Shown: piece after piece, positions 58,460 to 64,000 of the stretch
Numbering within the stretch: position 1 is the stretch's first letter
Layout of the letters: each line of letters opens with the position of its first letter
From: Macrostomum hystrix
Lineage: Eukaryota; Animalia; Platyhelminthes
Assembly: GCA_950097015.1 (NCBI GenBank)
Contig: CATNEN010000011.1
Coordinates: 3,782,001 to 3,846,000 of the forward strand
Reading direction: 5' to 3'
DNA: 64,000 nucleotides
Made by a program: the position numbers and the translations under genes
Notes under the pieces: generated by a model
What the model saw: the letters and a program-made list of their open reading frames with translations, nothing else
What the model was told of the DNA's origin: nothing
Databases searched by the model: none

Positions 58460-59748
58460 TTAAGTCGGCTGTGACCCTGTCTGCGACAGGTGCCTAATAA
58501 CGTCAACCCAGTCGTGACCGCGCGGGAATTCGCCTTTGTTATCCAATCTGTCGTACAATTTCCGCTTCTGAGCCTTGGTGAGCTGCTCCTGTTTGGTTGT
58601 CGCCTGCTTGCCTGTAACAGTAGCAGCAACAGCAGAAGCAGCAGACTCTGCTGGGCCGGCAGAAGACGAATTCTGAACCAGCGCACTCTGGGGCGGCTGA
58701 AATGCGGCCGTCAATTCGGCCAGGTTATCCTTGACGTGCTGGAACAGGGTGAAAGTCATCGGTTCGCCTAGCCAATTGGAGGCTTCCTTAGCGACGGCTG
58801 TTGCTAAGGCGGTTTTATCGGCTGAGGAAATGTGACGATTGTAGAAAGCGTCCAGAATAATGATTGGAGCCTCAGTAGGATAATTTGCGGGCCACCGAAT
58901 GTCGATCATAAACGATTTGGATTGATCTTCGTTTTCGAACTGCAGGATTTAAAAAGTTAATATTCTCATATTGTATTTTTATGATGCTTTAGCAAGAAGT
59001 CACTCAACAAGTTTAACTTTATTGGCTCGAGTACATAATATTTCAAATCAGTTTTTATTACGGTTTTGTGTAGCGAAATCATAAATATTCAACTAAAAAA
59101 TGAAACGAGGTATGAAAAATTGACTGGGGTGGGTGTCGCAAAACAGAGTGAGGTGGGTGTCGAAGAGTGGGGCGAGGTGGGTGTCGAAGATTTGAGTGAG
59201 GCGGGTGTCGAAGAGTAGAGTGAGGCGGGTGTCGAAGAGTAGAGTGAGGCGGGTGTCGAAGAGTAAAGTGAGGCGGGTGTCGAAGATTTGAGTGAGGCGG
59301 GTGTCGAAGAGTAGAGTGAGGCGGGTGTCGAAGAGTAGAGTGAGGTGGGTGTCGAAGAGTGGGGCGAGGTGGGTGTCGAAGAGTGGAGTGAGGCGGGTGT
59401 CGAGAGAGTACAAAGACCTGATCGTCATATTATTTCGCGTAAGTGTTAAACACAACAATCTACCAGAATTAAAGTGTTCTGAACTGTAGTGTTTATTAAT
59501 GATTTCATAACTAGATAGATTCAGGAATCAATCCAAGAGTCAAGGAATTAAGCAACCAACCTTATACTGATAGTGATTGTCAGCTACAACCGTGAAACAG
59601 TCGTCGCCATCGTAGATGCTCAGCAGAACGTCCTTCTCTTCCTAGAATTACAAACAAACACTTGGCGAATAAGGAATAAAAGTCAAAACTGTATTAACAA
59701 ATGTACAAACTCACATACCTGCTGTTCCGCTGTTAATTGTACTTCCAT
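58460..59748 (-). CDS. RWDD4: RWD domain-containing protein 4, 196 aa; exons 59748-59719, 59641-59561, 58939-58460
   Basis: EEKDVLLSIYDGD; YPTEAP; LGEPMTFTLF; KEQLTKAQKRKL.D..DNKGEFPRGHDWVDVIRHLSQTGS. Confidence 0.92.
59120..59400. repeat. 24-bp minisatellite in RWDD4 intron 2 (reverse of the 37980 family)
   Basis: gagtgaggcgggtgtcgaagagta units. Confidence 0.9.
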
Positions 59749-60529
59749 TAAGATATTGTAATTCTTGATTTATAGTTAGCCTAAATCGAAGATCAAGTCT
59801 GCAAAGAGATAAAAAAGGTATTCAAAAAACATTTACCTTACAAAACCTAATGCACTACTAAAAGTAGATTAAATTTTTCCAAAAACTTGATTTGATTTTT
59901 TGTCATTTATTTGTACAATTTTACAATTTAGATTTTTACAAATAAAATTAAGCGGAAGTCAAGCAAACGAGTTAGTATTTGGGTCGAAATTAGGCGGAAC
60001 ACTAAATTTTCGAATTTCTTTTATTTGGCAATCATTTCTGGCTTCTACGTGAAGGTTTTTTTGTACAAAAAAGGTTATTTAGTAGGTTTAATTTTTATTG
60101 ACATTTGCTTCTAGATATATAAATATCAACATGTAATCTATTTAAATCTATGAACAATTGAAATGAAAAGGCACATGCTATTTATTAGACCAATAGAAAT
60201 TGAACTTTATAAGGATCGAATTTTGCAACTTTTTTTCACAGGAAAAATCAATTTGTGTAATCAAACATAGACTAAGTTGCGTGATATTGATTTAGGAAAG
60301 AGGAAAATTATTCAATATAATAATACGGCTCGTACGTATTAGCAAATTTAAATGACTGAAACAAGAAAATCAAGAATTAAGAGAAGTCAATTTGTTTCAA
60401 GTAAGAAGCAATGTAGTTTTCTACAACCGGAATCGACCACAACAAAAGTGTGAATCGGCAACATCAGCCAAAACAATATTTATTTCACTACGAAACAAAA
60501 GTGCACTTTACATAGTCAGTAGGTGGTGC

Positions 60530-60770
60530 GAACCACCCCTCACTCTATTTTGACCACCTAAATTATCTCACTCTGCGACACCCACCTCACTCCGTTTTGC
60601 GACACCCACCTCACCCCTTTCCGCGACACCCACCTCACTCCATTTTGACCACCTAAATTATCTCACTCTTCGACACCCACCTTAATCTATTATGCGACAC
60701 CCACCTCACTCCATGCCACAACACCCACATCACCCCTTTCCGCGACACCCACCTCACTCCATTCTGGGAC
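60530..60770. repeat. Degenerate copies of the cgacacccacctcactcc minisatellite
   Basis: Several interrupted units. Confidence 0.7.
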
Positions 60771-60929
60771 AGCCAAGTTTTTTAGTGTCTAAAAAGGAGA
60801 TGAAAAAGTAAAAAAACATTTTTCAGAGGCTGTAAAATACTGATACGTCGTAAGAAGCAAAAATTAAACAAGTAAAAAACCAGTCTTCTAATATACTTAG
60901 TGTGCTAGTAAATAAACTAACAATTCGCT

Positions 60930-62998
<2,069 letters not shown>

Positions 62999-64000
62999 TA
63001 TACTTTTTTGCAGCACTCTTTAAGCTTACAGAACTCTGTAATTAGTGTGCAAAAACTCTTTTAAAACAGAATTCATTGTCTTCTAATTTTATTACTATCT
63101 AAATCTTAATTGCCTGATTTAAAATATGTGCTAATTTTCATAATAAATTGAAATAAAATGGAAAAACTATTTAAAAAACTGTAATATATATTATTTTAAT
63201 TGGTAAATTGTCTGGCAACTGTGTACTTGTTTAAATAAACAATTAGCTAATGTAACACTTAAGGACTCGAAAACTCAAATAACTTAATAAGTGTAAGACG
63301 AAGAGTAAGGTTGGATTTGTGTAGCGGCAATGGTCTAACAGTCTAGATATTTATTAAGATGTCGGTCATAACCTGCGAATTAATTTAGATTGCCTTGTCT
63401 TAGTAGAAAAGTCTTAAATAAGCTCTAGCCCCCCATATATGCGTCCAACACCACTGGTAACCGGCTAGGCCAAGGCATGAAATATGCAGTGAATCAGTTT
63501 TTAAATACGGTGCGCATGGAATATAGTATGCGACAATCGAACTTTCTATACTTGCATAAATAATGAATAATTATGTACTGTTATAGATTTAATATATATA
63601 AATAGGAGACATTACACATAGACAAAATTCACTAAGAGTACAAAAATGCAATTCACACAGAAACTAAAAATTCCTAGACAAATAACGACAAACTACAATT
63701 ACAAAATAAATGACATCGTCACACTAACAACCAATGACAAAACGAATTCCGCATAAATTGTAAACATAGATTGAGACAAATTGTTTCAGAAAAACAATTG
63801 CGAAAAACTCTTTTGGAAAAAACTACATAAAATGCAAACAAAAAACAAAGACTAATAATCGACCACATCAAAGAAGTCAATAGGCAAAGGTCTAATTACT
63901 TTTTCTTATTAATTGAACCGAAATAAGAACAGATACACTTATTTGTAACTTACACTTGCTAAACCTTCATTTATTGTATATAACTAACTGAAAATAATAA

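Overview
Eukaryotic (animal) genomic DNA. It has compact intron-containing genes, introns full of minisatellites, tRNA-derived SINEs and many DNA transposon remnants. The style fits a free-living flatworm such as Macrostomum, but this is inference only. Host genes reconstructed by eye with GT-AG exon phasing: PAN+C-type lectin, class IV sirtuin, UBLCP1, NPC2, MCAT, POLR3K, MED30, AURKAIP1/mS38, a two-domain C-type lectin plus a decayed paralog, a TSP1-like type I membrane protein with PPxY motifs, a RING/B-box/coiled-coil gene, RWDD4 and LZIC. Four observations stand out. (1) A same-strand run AURKAIP1-MED30-POLR3K-MCAT has unpaired 3' splice acceptors before each start. POLR3K has no genomic ATG and begins exactly at an acceptor, as expected if a flatworm spliced leader donates the initiator AUG. 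(2) Four DUF3504/Crypton tyrosine-recombinase units lie within 23 kb. One is intact and preceded by a lox-like 12-8-12 palindrome, two share a long terminal hairpin, and a CCATAGAC motif recurs around them and in neighbouring IS630/Tc1 elements. (3) An 8.1-kb CACTA/CMC-type element has a 2-bp TSD verified by an adjacent empty-site twin. It carries BEN-like genes and contains a Crypton fragment and a truncated Ty3/Gypsy element. (4) A SINE 3' end supplies the splice acceptor of the sirtuin intron. All calls are manual; no database searches were run.
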